From Lama guanicoe (lineage: Eukaryota): a DNA stretch of 64,000 nucleotides. A program made the translations under genes and the position numbers. Every line of letters starts with the position of its first letter. Within the stretch, counting starts at the first letter, position 1. The notes under the pieces are model-generated. The model did no database searches. It had not been told where the DNA came from and worked only from the letters and a program-made list of their open reading frames with translations. Positions 35,253 to 48,100 of this stretch are shown piece by piece. The stretch covers positions 22,607,688 to 22,671,687 of the forward strand of contig MU055609.1 in NCBI GenBank assembly GCA_013239625.1, read 5' to 3'.

Positions 35253-38200
35253 ACCATCAGCATTTTCTGGTATTTTTGTGTACACTTCAGTAAGATAAAT
35301 TCCAGAATGTGGACTGGCTGGCCCAAATGATATAAGCATTTAAATGTTGATCAGCATTGCTCATTGCCTTCCAAAATCCTGTACCCATTTATACTCCCAC
35401 CAGCACTGTCTGAGGGGGCCTGGGCATTGTTTTTACAATAGAGATAAGAAAGAGAAAATAAACTTTAGCATTCTTTAAAATTTTAAATGATTACCCCTAA
35501 GCTTCCTTACTCCCATCTCTTGGGCTCTGCATCCCTGAGCGGCAGGGGTGTCCTAGGCCATCAGATCTCAGGTCTGATGCTGAGCAGTGTGCTTACAACG
35601 TACCTTAAGATACCTACTTCCAGGGAGATGGTGCACATTTTAATGCGTATTTCAAATGTGGGCCAGTATAACAGAATTGCTCATTTTCTTTTTGATTATC
35701 ATGTACACATATAGTCTGAAAAATTCTACTTTTTTAAAAAAATAATCTTTGGTATTTCACAGATTTCTACTATGAACATGAGAGTAATGTATTTTATTTA
35801 TTTTTTTCATTATGATATGACAACTAAGTGGCAAATGACTCAAGCATTAAAAAAAAAACCAATTCCACCCATTCCTCAAGGTTCTACTTAGAATAAACTA
35901 TTGGCCACGGCTCAGGCAGCCCAGGTTCCAGGCTAGCTTCTGTCACTTCCTCATTGTATGACCTGAGCCAACCTGCCTCAGTCTCCCTATCTGTGCAATG
36001 GGTGCTCAGGGCTTCATCTTGACCCCCACCTCAACCTCCCTGCCCCTGGGACTTGTGTCCAGAGTCTGAAGTTTGGGCAGTTTGGGGAGATGCATTTTTC
36101 CTCATCCTCCACAGGGCTGATATGGCCCTGGGGTTCTGGTCCCCTGCCAGGGTTCTGGATGCTGTTTCTGGACTTACTGATTTGGGAGTACAGATGTGTC
36201 CCTGTCTCCTGTCCTGGAGGACAGGCTGGGGGAGACCCCATGAGTCTTCTTGTTACCTTGAGGAGCCCTGGAGTGGACCTGGAGTCTCTGTCCAAGCTGG
36301 GGCACTGAAGGCTGATCCAAGTGGGCAAGAGAGGGCACCCTGGCTATGAGGGGAAGGGCTGTTGGATAAGCAAATCAGTCCAGCCCAGAGACTTCAAGGA
36401 ACTCCCCCAGAGTCACACAGGTTGTTTACAGATCTCCGAGATGGGCACCCATTTCACAGATGGGGAAATTGAGGCCATTGGCCTTGGATCACATAATAAG
36501 GAAGAATCAGAGGCTGGCCTGGACCCTGGGCTTATTCCAAGCAAAACTTTGAGGAATGGGTAGCGGTTACTGGGACAGAAGGAAAAGGGGGCTGAGATTC
36601 TGCATGCACTGAGGATGGTCCCCCTCAGGGGGCCGTTCTGACAGTTGAATGATGTGATGTATGGAAAATGTCCCTCACGGAAGCATGTGGTACCTGCTGT
36701 GGCTCTCGGCCTTCATCCTCCTGCTTACTGTCTGCTGCTTGAGGGGTCATGACCGTCAGAGCTTCCAGACCATCAACTCTAACCTTTCTACTGATGGGAA
36801 ACCCAGAGGCTCAGAGAGATTGATACCTTGCTCAGGGCCGCACAGCAACTGAGTAGCAGGGCTGGGATTTAAACTCAGGCCCCTGAGATGCCGAAGGCTG
36901 CTCTGCACCGCTGCCTGTCTGCCAATCCTCCTATTTCCTGCCAAGGGCTGCTGCCATGCCTCAGGCCCAACCACAGTGATCCGTTTCGCTCCACCTGTGA
37001 GTCAGGCTCCTGGTGGCCTGTCCCCGTGGCTGGGACTGCAGATGTGGGGGAGCGGCTGGGCCTGGCTCTGAGTTAGCACTTCCCACAGCTGCTGTTATCC
37101 GTCTGCTCATCTGGGAGGCCAAGAAGCAAGTCCGGAACCACATGGGACCAGACGATTCCTCTGGAATTCTGATCCCCTTCCCAGGTCATGGGGAAGCAGG
37201 AGAGGGTTTTGCCTGCATCTCTTCCGGAACCTCACCTCCTCCCTGTCCCTGTGCCTCCTCTTGTCCTAGGTCCCCAGTCTGAGCTCATCTGGAACATTAC
37301 AACCACCTCCTGACTCCCCATCCCAGTATTCCACCTGCCTTACTACTGGCCCAGAGAGAACATTCTAGAGCACAGCTCTGATTTTGTGCTGCTTCTGCTG
37401 TGCGACCCTCCCCTGCCAAGAGACAAATGTCCTGCCCCATGGGGTGGCCATGTCGCCACGCCCGTTTGGCTGTCCCGTGCTCTGACTTCCCTCTGGAGAG
37501 TTTCCCCTTTGCCTATTCTGGTGGTGGGTTTGGGCAGGAGTGGGCGCACCCTCAGCCCCCTGGGGCTCGCCTGATTTTGGGTTCTCAGTGAAGATTATAA
37601 ACACGAAGCAAGGCTGGTGTTTGTCTCTGGGTTTGGTGTCCTTGGACTGAACTTGCTCACGGCATGTCTCGTTTGTGGGTCCTCCCCCCAGAGCCTGGCA
37701 CAGGCTGGAGTACAGTAGGCACTCAATAAATGGCCCATGAATGAATGAATGAATGAATGAATGTCTCCCTGAATTTTCCCCTCGTCATCTGTTGTGCCCT
37801 CATTCCTGTCAGTTGCGACCCTTCCCCGCAGTGACCTTGACCAGCACTTAACCAGATGTGCCAGGAAGTGGCCTGACCCGCCTCCTGGGAGACCTGGGCT
37901 TCAGGCCCACCTGTCCCTCGAGGCTGCTGTGTGTCCGTGGGCAGAGTCCTCCTCCCTCCCTGGCCTCAGCCTCGCCATCCGGACACTGAGATTTCCAAGG
38001 GAACATCCTCCCTCCTGGTCTCTCCTTTGACCCCAGCTCTCAACCGCTCAATTTGACAAAGCAACCCAGTGGCCTCATCTCACCCTGCGGAGGGGAGGGT
38101 ACCTGGAGGTGGTTTGGTGGTGCTGAGAAGCCTGGCACATCCACTGTTTGCATCTAATTACTCTGATAATCTGTTTATTGCCTCTTTAATTCCCTCTGCA

Positions 38201-40254
38201 AACATCGCCATTACCGGGAGAAATTGGCTGGCGCCGGCCTGGACTATGAAGCATGGAGGGACCGTGATGGTCCATCTAAGCCTCCCACACCCTGATGTGC
38301 TCACAAAGCCTGGCCTCTGAGAGGTGCTGAGAGAGCGGAGGGCAGAACGCCTGCCTTCCCTGGTGTCCTGGGACCCGGGGCTCTCAGGCTTGGCCCCACT
38401 CTGACCTCTGTGGGTCTTGGACTGCAGAAGGGGCAATGTTGCTGAGTGGTTAGAATTCAGACTCTGGAGCCCAGGGGCCCTGGGTCCAGGTCCCAGCTCT
38501 GACACTTCCTCACTGTGTGACCTCAAACAATTTCCTTCTGCTCTGGGAAACTCTTGTTTCCTCATCTCTAAAATGGGGCTTGCTGTCTGCCCAGCTGCCT
38601 TCCCTCTTCCTGGTATCTGCCTCCTCCCATCCTTTTCCATGTGACAGTGGAAGGGGCTCCCACGGTCTTACTTGTCCCTACTGCCACCACAGCCACTCAC
38701 TGGTAGACAAAGATGGACACCTGACCACAGCTGAGCCAATCTGTGCCCCCAGGACTTTGGCCACAGTGGTGGACATCTGACCCACTGAAACTGCAGTGAG
38801 AAAGTTGGTCCCTCTCTGCTGACTGAAGTTGTGTTTTCAACAATGATTGGGCCTGGAGTTTTCAGCCTGTGGAAGGAGCCAATGCAGAGGCGAGAGGCAG
38901 AGCCCTGGAGACCTCTGAGCCCCGGTTCCAGCCTCCCGTGGGGCCTGATGCCTCTCATTCCCTTCACCCTGAGAATGCCCTCTTTGGTCTCAGCCAGGGC
39001 AAGCTGGATTTCTGTCACTTTAACCAAACCAATCCTGAAAACCCAGGATTAATAGCAATTGCTTCCCACAGGCTGTGTGAGGAGGTAAGGTAATTCAGTG
39101 CCAGCCATGGGACACAACTCTGGGCTTGGGGAGGGTGGGGTGAGGTACAGGGGGTGGTTCCCATTACCCTGATCCTTAATATCTGACCCCATTAGCCTGG
39201 GTTTCTCTTAAGCTCAGAACAGTCAGCATTCTCTGGGTCTGATTAGGACCTTCACCTCCTTCAACTTGGATGCTCAATCTTTACTAACAGAACCCAGCAG
39301 AGATAAGGCACAGAGGGAATGACCTCAGTTTCTGAGAAGTGGAAGGTACTAACTCTAAGGTCTTGACACAACAATGCTACCTGGCTGAGCAGTCTGGGGA
39401 GGCAGGAGCCATGGAAAGGGCAAGGATTTGGGTGGGCAGATGTGGCTATGAGATCTGGTTTTGACATGCTATACTCACTCAGTTTTTCTAGGCATCTGTA
39501 TCCTCATCTTCCAAATAGGGATGGTAGCAGCCCTTTCCTTTCGCGTGGTACAGATCAGATGAGGAAAAGAGGGGAAGTGGCCTTAACTTTAGGCTGGGCA
39601 CACGTGAGGGGCATTTGTTGGCATTGGGAGGGCAATGGCTGGGGGCCAAGTCTCGTCTTAGGAAGTGGCCCAGGGCAGATGGCCTTTGCGTTCATCTGAA
39701 CACTGGCTCCTTCCTTCATTCATTTGTTCACAGATAACGCATTGAACACCTACCAGGAGGTCATGGTACCAGCTCTGGGCAAACCTGGTCACAGGTGCCT
39801 GCTCTTCTGGGCTCAGGGATGGGCAAGAAGGGAATTCCCACAGTCAGAACAGAGAACAGTACTCCAGGAAGCATGTGGTTGTAGGGCTTGGAGTGGCTCG
39901 TGCTGGGGGGATCTGTAGGAGGAAGGAGTTGGGACTGGGAAGAGATGGAGAATCAGGTTGGATGAATGAGTGGGTGTATCAGGAAAGAATTCTGCTGCTC
40001 CTGCAGAGGCCCAGGGTACCAGGAGACGGGGCGTGCATGTGCCCTGAGGACAGAAGAGCACCTTCCTCATCTTCAGTCCCCACTGGCTGCTGCCTGCACT
40101 GCACAGCTCTCCAGAGCTGCGGAGGAGAGTGACTGGAAATGAGCTCCCCTTCCAGCCGCCCTCTCGGAGGAAGTGCTGCCTTAAGCTCTCTGGATTTGTA
40201 AAGGGACGAGACTTCGAGGCAGACTCCTGGGCCACTTCAGAACCAGAGTGTTCT

Positions 40255-40864
40255 TGGTACTGAACCACGCTTGGGTCCATTTGCCCTGCAAAGCCAATCT
40301 ATTGACCCCCGGCTGTGGTACAGGAAGGAACAGCATTTACTGCAGGGGGCCAAGCAAGGAGAAGGAGAGGCTCACGTTTAGAAGACCCAGACTCCCAACG
40401 GTGTGCAGGGCAGGGTGTCGTGTGCGGGCGGCGGCTGCAGGGTGTGTGATCAGCTTCTGTGCAGTTCTCTGATTAGTGGGCGGTGAGGCAGCAGGCTGAT
40501 GTTTTGACGAGCTCAAACATCAACCTTCTGGTACCAATGGATCTGGGGTCTACGTGCCGGTGGTGAGCATGCAGTTAACGTCCTCCACCGGGTGGGGGTT
40601 TTAGTATGTGCAAAACAACTCAAAGATGTGGCTCAAGATAGTATCTATAGCCCTTGAGGAGGAACTAAAGGTTCTTGACTTTGTTTTATGGCTAAACTAT
40701 TATTATTTTGTCTTACTTGACTGCTTTCCTTTGTTTCTGCATTTTTTCACTTCTCTACTAAATTTGCTCTTTGGCACTCGGGGAAAGCCTAGGAAGCTAA
40801 AGGTTTTCTACAAACAAGAGGAGGGGGACATGGGGGTCTGTCCACAGGATCCTGCTTGGCTTCA
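40255..40864 (-). mobile_element. ERV1-class solo LTR, about 610 bp
   Basis: TG...CA termini (tggtactgaacc ... cttggcttca). Internal gcccttgaggaggaactaaaggttcttgactttg...gctaaactattattattttgtc is typical of recalled laurasiatherian ERV1 LTRs. Confidence 0.75.
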
Positions 40865-42094
40865 TTTTCTGGAGCAGGTGCTTGGCAAGAGCTCGTTGTG
40901 GGAAGAGATGGGCCTGAGGGTGAAACTGGGAACAGGTGACTTCTCCCCCTGCAGACTCACTGGGAGTTCTCCTCGCCTGGGAAGTGAGAGTGCCCACCCC
41001 AGGGTGGCTGGGGATGGCCAAGGCAGGCTGAGCAGCAACTGCCACCGGGTTGTTTTGGGTGTTTTCGCTGGGCCTGGCCTCGGTGGGTCCCACAGCTCCC
41101 CTGATCCTGGATAGAACCTGGTCTGGGGAGATGGAGCCTCAGCGAGCCCAGCATGAGCCCAGAAGAGGCCTTTGATTCATGAACCACTGGATTTAGGTGG
41201 ATTTAGCAACTAGGTTTCCAATTGATTTCCAGGGGGAGGGAGGATGGATTTACAGCTCCTAAAACAGGCTTGTAGCCACTCTGCAGATCTGCACCAGGCT
41301 GCGGGCAGGAAGATATTGACGTGACCTAGGACCTTGGGAGGGAAAGATAACGAAGTTCAGAAAATCCATCCATGTGGGGTTCCTCCTGGGGCCCTTGAAG
41401 ATGCACCTCCTTCTTCTGATGCACGTGCACAGCTCTGCAGGTGCCGAGGGGAGAGGATGGAGAGGAAGGGGTCCTTCTCCCATCTCCATCCCACTCTCGG
41501 AGGAGACACGGGCTTTGCAAAGGGGTTGAAGTCTGTAGAGTTTCCAACAAAGTTCAGAACTCTGGGTCTCTGGAGCCCTGGGGGCTGGCTGCCCAGCCTG
41601 TCCTCCCGCTGGTCCCAACGGGCCTACTGTCCCTGCAGCCCCCTCCCCTCAGCTGGAGACGGGGGAAACTTCCCTCTGAGGACAGTTGCGGGGTGAGATG
41701 AGGTGTAAAGAGAGCAGCACAGCCCTGGCCCGGACACGACAGAGACAAATCGAAGAGTGACTCTGACAGCCATTGTCTGTGTGATCCTGCACATGGCTTC
41801 GCCTCTCTGAGCCTCAGTTTGTCCCTCTGTGAAGTGGGAGTAGAGTTGTGGTCATGATTAAAAGGGACAGTGCAGTTCAATGCTTAGCCCTGTGTTGGGC
41901 CTGTGATCAGTTGTCATGGATCTTTTTACTGACCCCCTTCTCCTGAGTGGCTGGCACTGTCTGGGCAGAAGCTGCACCCCTGGCCCTGTGCCAGCATGGA
42001 CAAGAGCAAGGACTCCAGACTCCTCCCCCTCACCTCCATGCTGGTCAAGCTGGAAGATGGAGCAATCCCCGCACTGGTGCCTGGAGAGGGCGTC

Positions 42095-42400
42095 CAAACG
42101 CTGAGTCTGAATCCTGGCTGGGCCACAGGTCATGTGCCCTCTCGCACCTCAGTTTCCTCATCTGTAAAATGGGGAGGATGATAAAGATGGCAGATATTAC
42201 CAAAAACTATTCTATGCCAGGCTTATTGTGAGTGCTTTGCATATATTAAATCATTTAACACTCACAGCAACCCTATGAGGTCAGTACTTTTATTATCTTC
42301 CCATTTTACAGTGAGGAAACTGAGGCTCAAGAGCATGAAAGCAGCTTGGCCAAGGTCACACACAAGCAGGCATGTGAACTCAGGTCTCTGACTCAAAGGT
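42095..42400. mobile_element. Tail-to-tail pair of MIR SINEs
   Basis: Plus core at 42147-42173 and minus core at 42300-42325. Confidence 0.8.
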
Positions 42401-43070
42401 CCAGGAATAAATGTTACAATAATCAGGATGAGTGACCCTGAACGGCTGGTTCAGTGAGATGGATGGGCTGAGCTCAGAGCTGGGGTGACGGTGGGGACCT
42501 GGGTGGTCCGGGGGACTCCTCGGAGGTGATGCACTGTACTCAGGGCTAAAGAGACTGGCTGGATTAGGGACACAGGTTACAGAGGCAGTGCTGGAAACAG
42601 AGCTCCATTCACCTGAACAGAGGCCATGGGGATCCAGACTGTGAGTCCAGGTGTAGGTCTCACCCTGGGGGACACTGGCAGGTACGCATGTGGCTGGAAA
42701 ATGCTCAGACCCAGCCGCAGGCTCGGAGGATTTCCAGCTATCTTTTGTTACCACATTAGCTAGTTTCTGTCTCTTTTGTTAGGAAGGCGCACATTTCCTC
42801 ATATTTCAGTATTATTGTCTATCAACGTGATGTCTTAGATCCTGTAATTGGGGGAAGAGTTGAGACTTTCCTCCTCTGCTATTACTCAGTTCTACGGACT
42901 CATCCTACCTCATTATTTAACAAGTGATATATTTTCATGAACTTTCATTGATTTCCAGATAGAAATATTTCTTGATGTTTTTCAAAAATGAGAATCCTGT
43001 TTCACGTGTCTTAGCCTCAGGTTGGAACACTCGGGCCTGTTTTATTGTAAAAAGCAGCATCAGTGCTTCC

Positions 43071-43176
43071 CTGGGGACGTCTGTGACCCCCTCCTGGGGT
43101 CCTCACTGGGGACGTCTGTGACCCCCCTCCTGGGGTCCTCATGGGGACGTCTGTGCACCCCTTCCTGGGGTCCTCC
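43071..43176. repeat. Minisatellite, 3 copies of about 35 bp
   Basis: Unit ctggggacgtctgtgaccccctcctggggtcctca at 43071, 43106 and 43142. Confidence 0.92.
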
Positions 43177-43186
43177 CTGAAGACAT

Positions 43187-43234
43187 GAGTTGACACCTGA
43201 GGTGACACGTGAGGTGACATGTGAGGTGACATGT
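43187..43234. repeat. Tandem repeat, 4 copies of 12 bp
   Basis: gagttgacacct gaggtgacacgt gaggtgacatgt gaggtgacatgt. Confidence 0.9.
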
Positions 43235-44214
43235 GGGAAGACAGGGTTCCAAGTAGGTGGGCAGCAGCCACTCCACACACACCAGCCCCTCTCTGTCCTC
43301 AAGTGGATCCCTCGCTGGATTGAGAGAGCACGTAGATTCCTCAGGGAGAGTCAGTAGTGCCCTGAAGAGCGTCTCTTTACTTCCTTTGTGTGATGTCAGC
43401 AAGCATTCATTGAGCACCGCTGTATGCCAGCCCTGTGCTAAGCCCTAGGCCCAGAGAATGTTCTGACTGTGAATTGGTCATGTCCCTCCCTTCCTGGCCC
43501 CTTCAGTGGCTTCTCCTTGACCCCAGGATCAAGTGCAGGCCTGTGTGATTTGACCCTGCTCACCACTGCCCACCTCTTCCCTCCCTCTGCTCTGCTGTTT
43601 CTCCCAAGGCCTTTCCTGCCACAGGACCTTTGCACATGCAGTTCCCTCCACCTGGAATGCCTTTTCCTGTCTTCCCTTCACTTGGCTGGACCCTCTCATC
43701 TTTGGGTCTCAGCTTAACTATGACCATTCCACCCCAGCTGCAGACCTGGTACCTCTCCCCCGTGTCTTCTCCTAACTTGGTTGTTCCCCTGGTCCCACTC
43801 AGCACCATCTTTCATTCTTTTCTTGGGTGTTTGCTGGAGCTGACTGTCACCCTCACTGGTCTGTGAGATCCAGGAGGGGGAGGGCAGGGGCTGCATCAGT
43901 CCTGCTTCCAGGATATTCCCAGCACCCAGCACATGCCTGGCAGAGACCCCGTGTCCAGGGGCTTCTTTGTTGCAGGGATGAGTAAACAGAGAGGAGCAAG
44001 GAGCCCAGACACTCTCGGGTGGTCTGCACATTGTTATGGCCCTGGTCTGGGTAAGTCAGAGCCCAGGGAGCCGGCCTCCTGGATGCTGGCAGGACCTTCT
44101 AGCCCTGTGACTGCGGTGGTGTGGAGAGACTGTCCCACAGGGACTGGCATCCTTGGGGGCCTGGGGGCTGGGGTGCACTTCCTGGGTGACCTGGTTCCAG
44201 CCATGGCATCCCTC

Positions 44215-44565
44215 GGGAGGCCGGCGCTACACTGCAGTAACCAATGACGGCAACATCCCCGACAGGAGAGGAGGTCCCCCATTCTGCGCTGCTGTGCCCA
44301 GGGCAGGGTGCTGGCTCTGCTCACCGCAGATGCCCCGGGCTGATGCAGGCTTCACCTCCATGTGGGCTTTCCGCAGTCACTGTGCAGTTGGTGCTGGCTC
44401 TTAAAGCTCCATCCCGGAAGTGACAGACGCTGTAGCCTCTCATGGCTCATAGGCCAGAGCAAGTCACAGGCCACATCTACCTTCAAAGGGCCAGGAAGGG
44501 CAGCCCCACCTGGAGTAAGGAACAAGGGAGCTAGAGATGTTGGGGACAGCACTGAAGACACTCAT
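44215..44565 (-). mobile_element. Old MLT1-type LTR
   Basis: ggccagagcaagtcacaggccacatctaccttcaaagggccaggaagggcag is a characteristic MLT1 segment. Confidence 0.6.
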
Positions 44566-45017
44566 GTTTGTCCCCTGCTGGGCTGAGAGCCCCGGGGGAG
44601 GGCCTGTGTTGTGGCCCCTTGGTGCCTCCCAAGAGTGAGCTCCGAGTGGGTGAAAGCAAATGCCCTTCAGTTCAGTTCAGCAAATACTTTATACCCAGCC
44701 CTGCACTAGGGGTGGGGGTCCAGGACACAGCCCCCGCGGGACAGGAGTCACCAATCCAACGTACTGTGCACAAACCTTCCTCTCTTGAACTCCGGCCCAA
44801 GGCAGTGATGATGGGGGTCCACATGCTCCAGCTCAGCAGCAGGGCCCCTCTGTGAGCCAGCACCTCTCTCCTGGCCTCAGGAGGATGAGCTATTGTTATT
44901 GTTATTGTAACAGCTCTCACGCCCCAGGCCCCCACACTGGGGTCTCTTAGCCCTGGTCTAGGGTCCTCTGTGACCCCTTCTCACTAGGCCCCCTCCCACA
45001 TGAACTCAGAAGGCATC

Positions 45018-45193
45018 TGGTTCAGAAGACAGGGGCGATTTTGCCCCTCAGTGGTGAAGTCTGGGGACATTTTTGATTGTCACACTGGCGTGCTGGTGCG
45101 GGGTATCCATCTAGCACGTGGGGAACAGGGATACTGCTGAGTGCACGGGACAGTCCCCACACCAGAGTCAGAAGTGCTGCTGCTGAGAAGCCC
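45018..45193 (+). mobile_element. MER20 (hAT-Charlie) non-autonomous DNA transposon
   Basis: ggggcgattttgcccc...gtctggggacatttttgattgtcaca...tgcacgggacagtcccc...gagaagccc follows the recalled MER20 consensus. Confidence 0.75.
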
Positions 45194-48100
45194 CACAGGA
45201 CTTTCAGAGAATGAGGCTCAGGGAGGGGGGCAGTGACCTACCCAAGGTCATGCAGCACATCGGTGGCAGGTCCGAGATGACGGCCAGAGCCCCTGACTCT
45301 GGGTCATCTGGCCGGAGGACTAGGCTCCATGGTCTTGGGCCTCGATGCAGAGTGGTCTCTATTGTCTCCAGCCCGGCTTTTATTTCTCTCTAAATAATTC
45401 CAATTTCAGGAACATTTTTGTCAGTATTTTTATTCTCCCTTGTCTTCTGTTGTGCTTCCTCTCTGGGTAATCCGAGGCTTGCGGGCGGCTAAGCACGACA
45501 CGTACATCCTAACGAAATGTAATACAAGATAACTGAGTGATGGACTAATCTCCCTGACACAGCCCTGTTTTCTCTTTGCTCTGAACACTTTTTGTCTGAG
45601 TTTTTCCTTCCCTTCCCAGAAATCTCAGGTTCCAGTAGCTTTGTGCCACCTGCTCATTGGAGATCTGCAAAAGATCCTGACATTTTAGCCTCTGTCCTGG
45701 TGATGGATGCACAGTGTTTCTGAGGAGAGGGACCTGTCAGCATCTGTGTGGGCCTGGGAGGGGTCTCCACCAGTGATGGGAAGGATGGGGTCCACGAGTG
45801 GGACCTGGAAGGGTTTCCTCAGGATGCAGGGACCCTCTTGGGCAGAGCCAGTGCTGGAGCAGCTGTTGTGGGTGCTCAGTGAGTGCAGGATCTTCAGGGC
45901 TGCCCTGGACATGACTATGGACTGTGGGTTCTGCTCAGGAGCTCAAGAGGCATTGGATGGAGTGAGTTTCCAGTCTCACAGTCTCCGAGGAGCTGGGAGG
46001 GGAATAGTGGAGCCCTAAGGTGGAGGACACACGAGGCCAGGTCCTACAGGTTCAGGTCAGCTGTGGGGAGCAGCTCTGTTTCCATCCTGAGAGTACCGGG
46101 GAGCCCCGGAATGTTCTAAGCAAGGGAGGCACAAGAAGACTTCTGTGGTGAACCGCTGTCCCAGGTGCTGACTAGGAAAGGATAATGGGGCAGGAAAAGT
46201 GGGAGGAGGCTGCAGAAAGCTTCAGATGGGAGGTGACGGGGGGAGAAGAGACTGTGTAATTGGAGAGAGAGCAACCCAGTTGCTTCCATAGACATTTATT
46301 CTATTCATCTCTGTATATTTCATAATAAAATCTGGGTGAAAGAATGCTCAGTCTCTCTGCAGACCATCAGAGGTGAGGGCTGGTAGGAGGTGAGTCGGCT
46401 GGTGGGAGGTGAGCAGGCTGGTTGGAGCTGAACAGTTGGTATGAAGTGACAGGCTGATAGGGGTGTGCAGTCTGGCAGGAAATGGCAGGCTGTCCAGGGA
46501 ATCCCGGACCTCGCAGCTGCCCAAGGGAAAGGACATGGACAGGAGCTCAGAATGTCCTTGGACAAGGAAGGGGCTGGTCCCAGCTTCATGGTACTGGTGT
46601 GCCCAAGGGTGCCTATCTTTGTAGCTGACATCCAGCCTGATGATGACACATAAAAGTTACCCAGAAACTCTCAATGTGGTGTAGTGGAAAGATTTTAGAA
46701 TTTAGAGTCAGACAGACCATGGCAGCTGAGTCCTGGCTCAGCCGCTCACTGTGTTTGACTGTGGGTAGGCACTTTTATCCCTGGAGCCTCTGATCTCATA
46801 TCTGGGAAATGGGCCCCATCACCCCACCTCCCAGAGCTGCCCTGCCTCATCACCTGCTCACTCTGGACACTGGGTGACTGTTTTGTTGTCTTTCCCAAGA
46901 GCCCTGAGAAGTCTCCTCAGCATCAGAATGGTCAGTTTGTCTGTCCCTAAAGGACTTGATGAGAAAGTCACTCATTCTGAGGGACACAACCCTTTGGGCC
47001 TCAGAAGCTGCTCAGGTTTCCAGAAACCCTTGAGAGATGCAACCGTCCCTGAAGTCTCACCCCAAGGCCTCTGTGAGCTGGTGCCCCACGGGGCCTGGGG
47101 GCAGGAGTCCAGGAGCAAGGTGTGGATCTCAAAGGCAGGATGTGGTGAGGGCTCGGTAGCTGGGGTGGAGCAGGAGGGATGGAGGTATTGATAACAATAA
47201 CAATAGCTAACAGATTTCCATTTGCAGATGAGGAGACTGGGCACAGAGAGGTTAGGTACTCTGTCCAAGGTCACACAGCTGAGGTTTGGACCCAGGAGTT
47301 CTGGCTCCACAGTCCGTCTCCCAACCATGAACCTGAGGAGGGAGAATGTGGGTGAGGAGCACCCAGGGAGCCCTCAGCCAGCCTGGCACACCCTGTGGTT
47401 GGTCCAACTTCCTCCAGGCTCCAGGTGGGAGGTGACAGGCCTGGGGCAGCAGCTGACAAGGCCCCCAGGTAATTGATGAAGACAGAGCACCAGGTCTCTC
47501 TGAGGGGAAGGAGCTGTTCAAGGTCATAATCTTAGCGAAGGGGAGGGGTTGGGGGGGTGGGCATTAAACTGATCTTGGTGCAGCTCATACAAATCTGCAT
47601 GTCAGGCCTGTGAGTCTCCGGTTTAATGGGCCTGGAGATGCCGAGATGGGGAAACCTGAAAGGGAGTGGGGCCCCACCTGGCTTCACCATATGCTGGGGT
47701 GACATGGAGCCTGAATTTACCAGGGAAGGGGAAGGGACTGACCCCAGGCAGTCATGAAGGGGCGAGAGGTCACTGCTCAGGATCAGTACTGCAGGATCTG
47801 CTAGCCCCAACTTGGAAAGAAAAGTCAGATCTGAGTGAGTGTGGGATGCCTGGGAAAGGCACGTGGAAAAAGCGTGAATTTTTGTCACCAGTCAGACTGG
47901 GTTTGTGCCCTGATGTGACCTCTGCTAGCTGGGTGACTTTTCACATTACTTTACTCTCTGGGCCTCAGTGTTTTCATCTGGAAAATGGGGCCGATAGCAG
48001 AACCTACAGCAGACCAATAGAGTAAATGAGAAAACAGAGGGAGAGCTCAGCACAGGGCCTGGAAGACAGGCCCAGGAGAGCTGGTTATTGATGTTCTACT

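Noticed and set aside
40608-41114. 168-aa ORF with a hydrophobic, TM-like stretch
   Set aside because: The hydrophobic part derives from T-rich ERV1 LTR sequence.
43071-43234. CRISPR-like short repeats (also at 25213-25313)
   Set aside because: Head-to-tail tandem units without unique spacers, in a eukaryotic genome.
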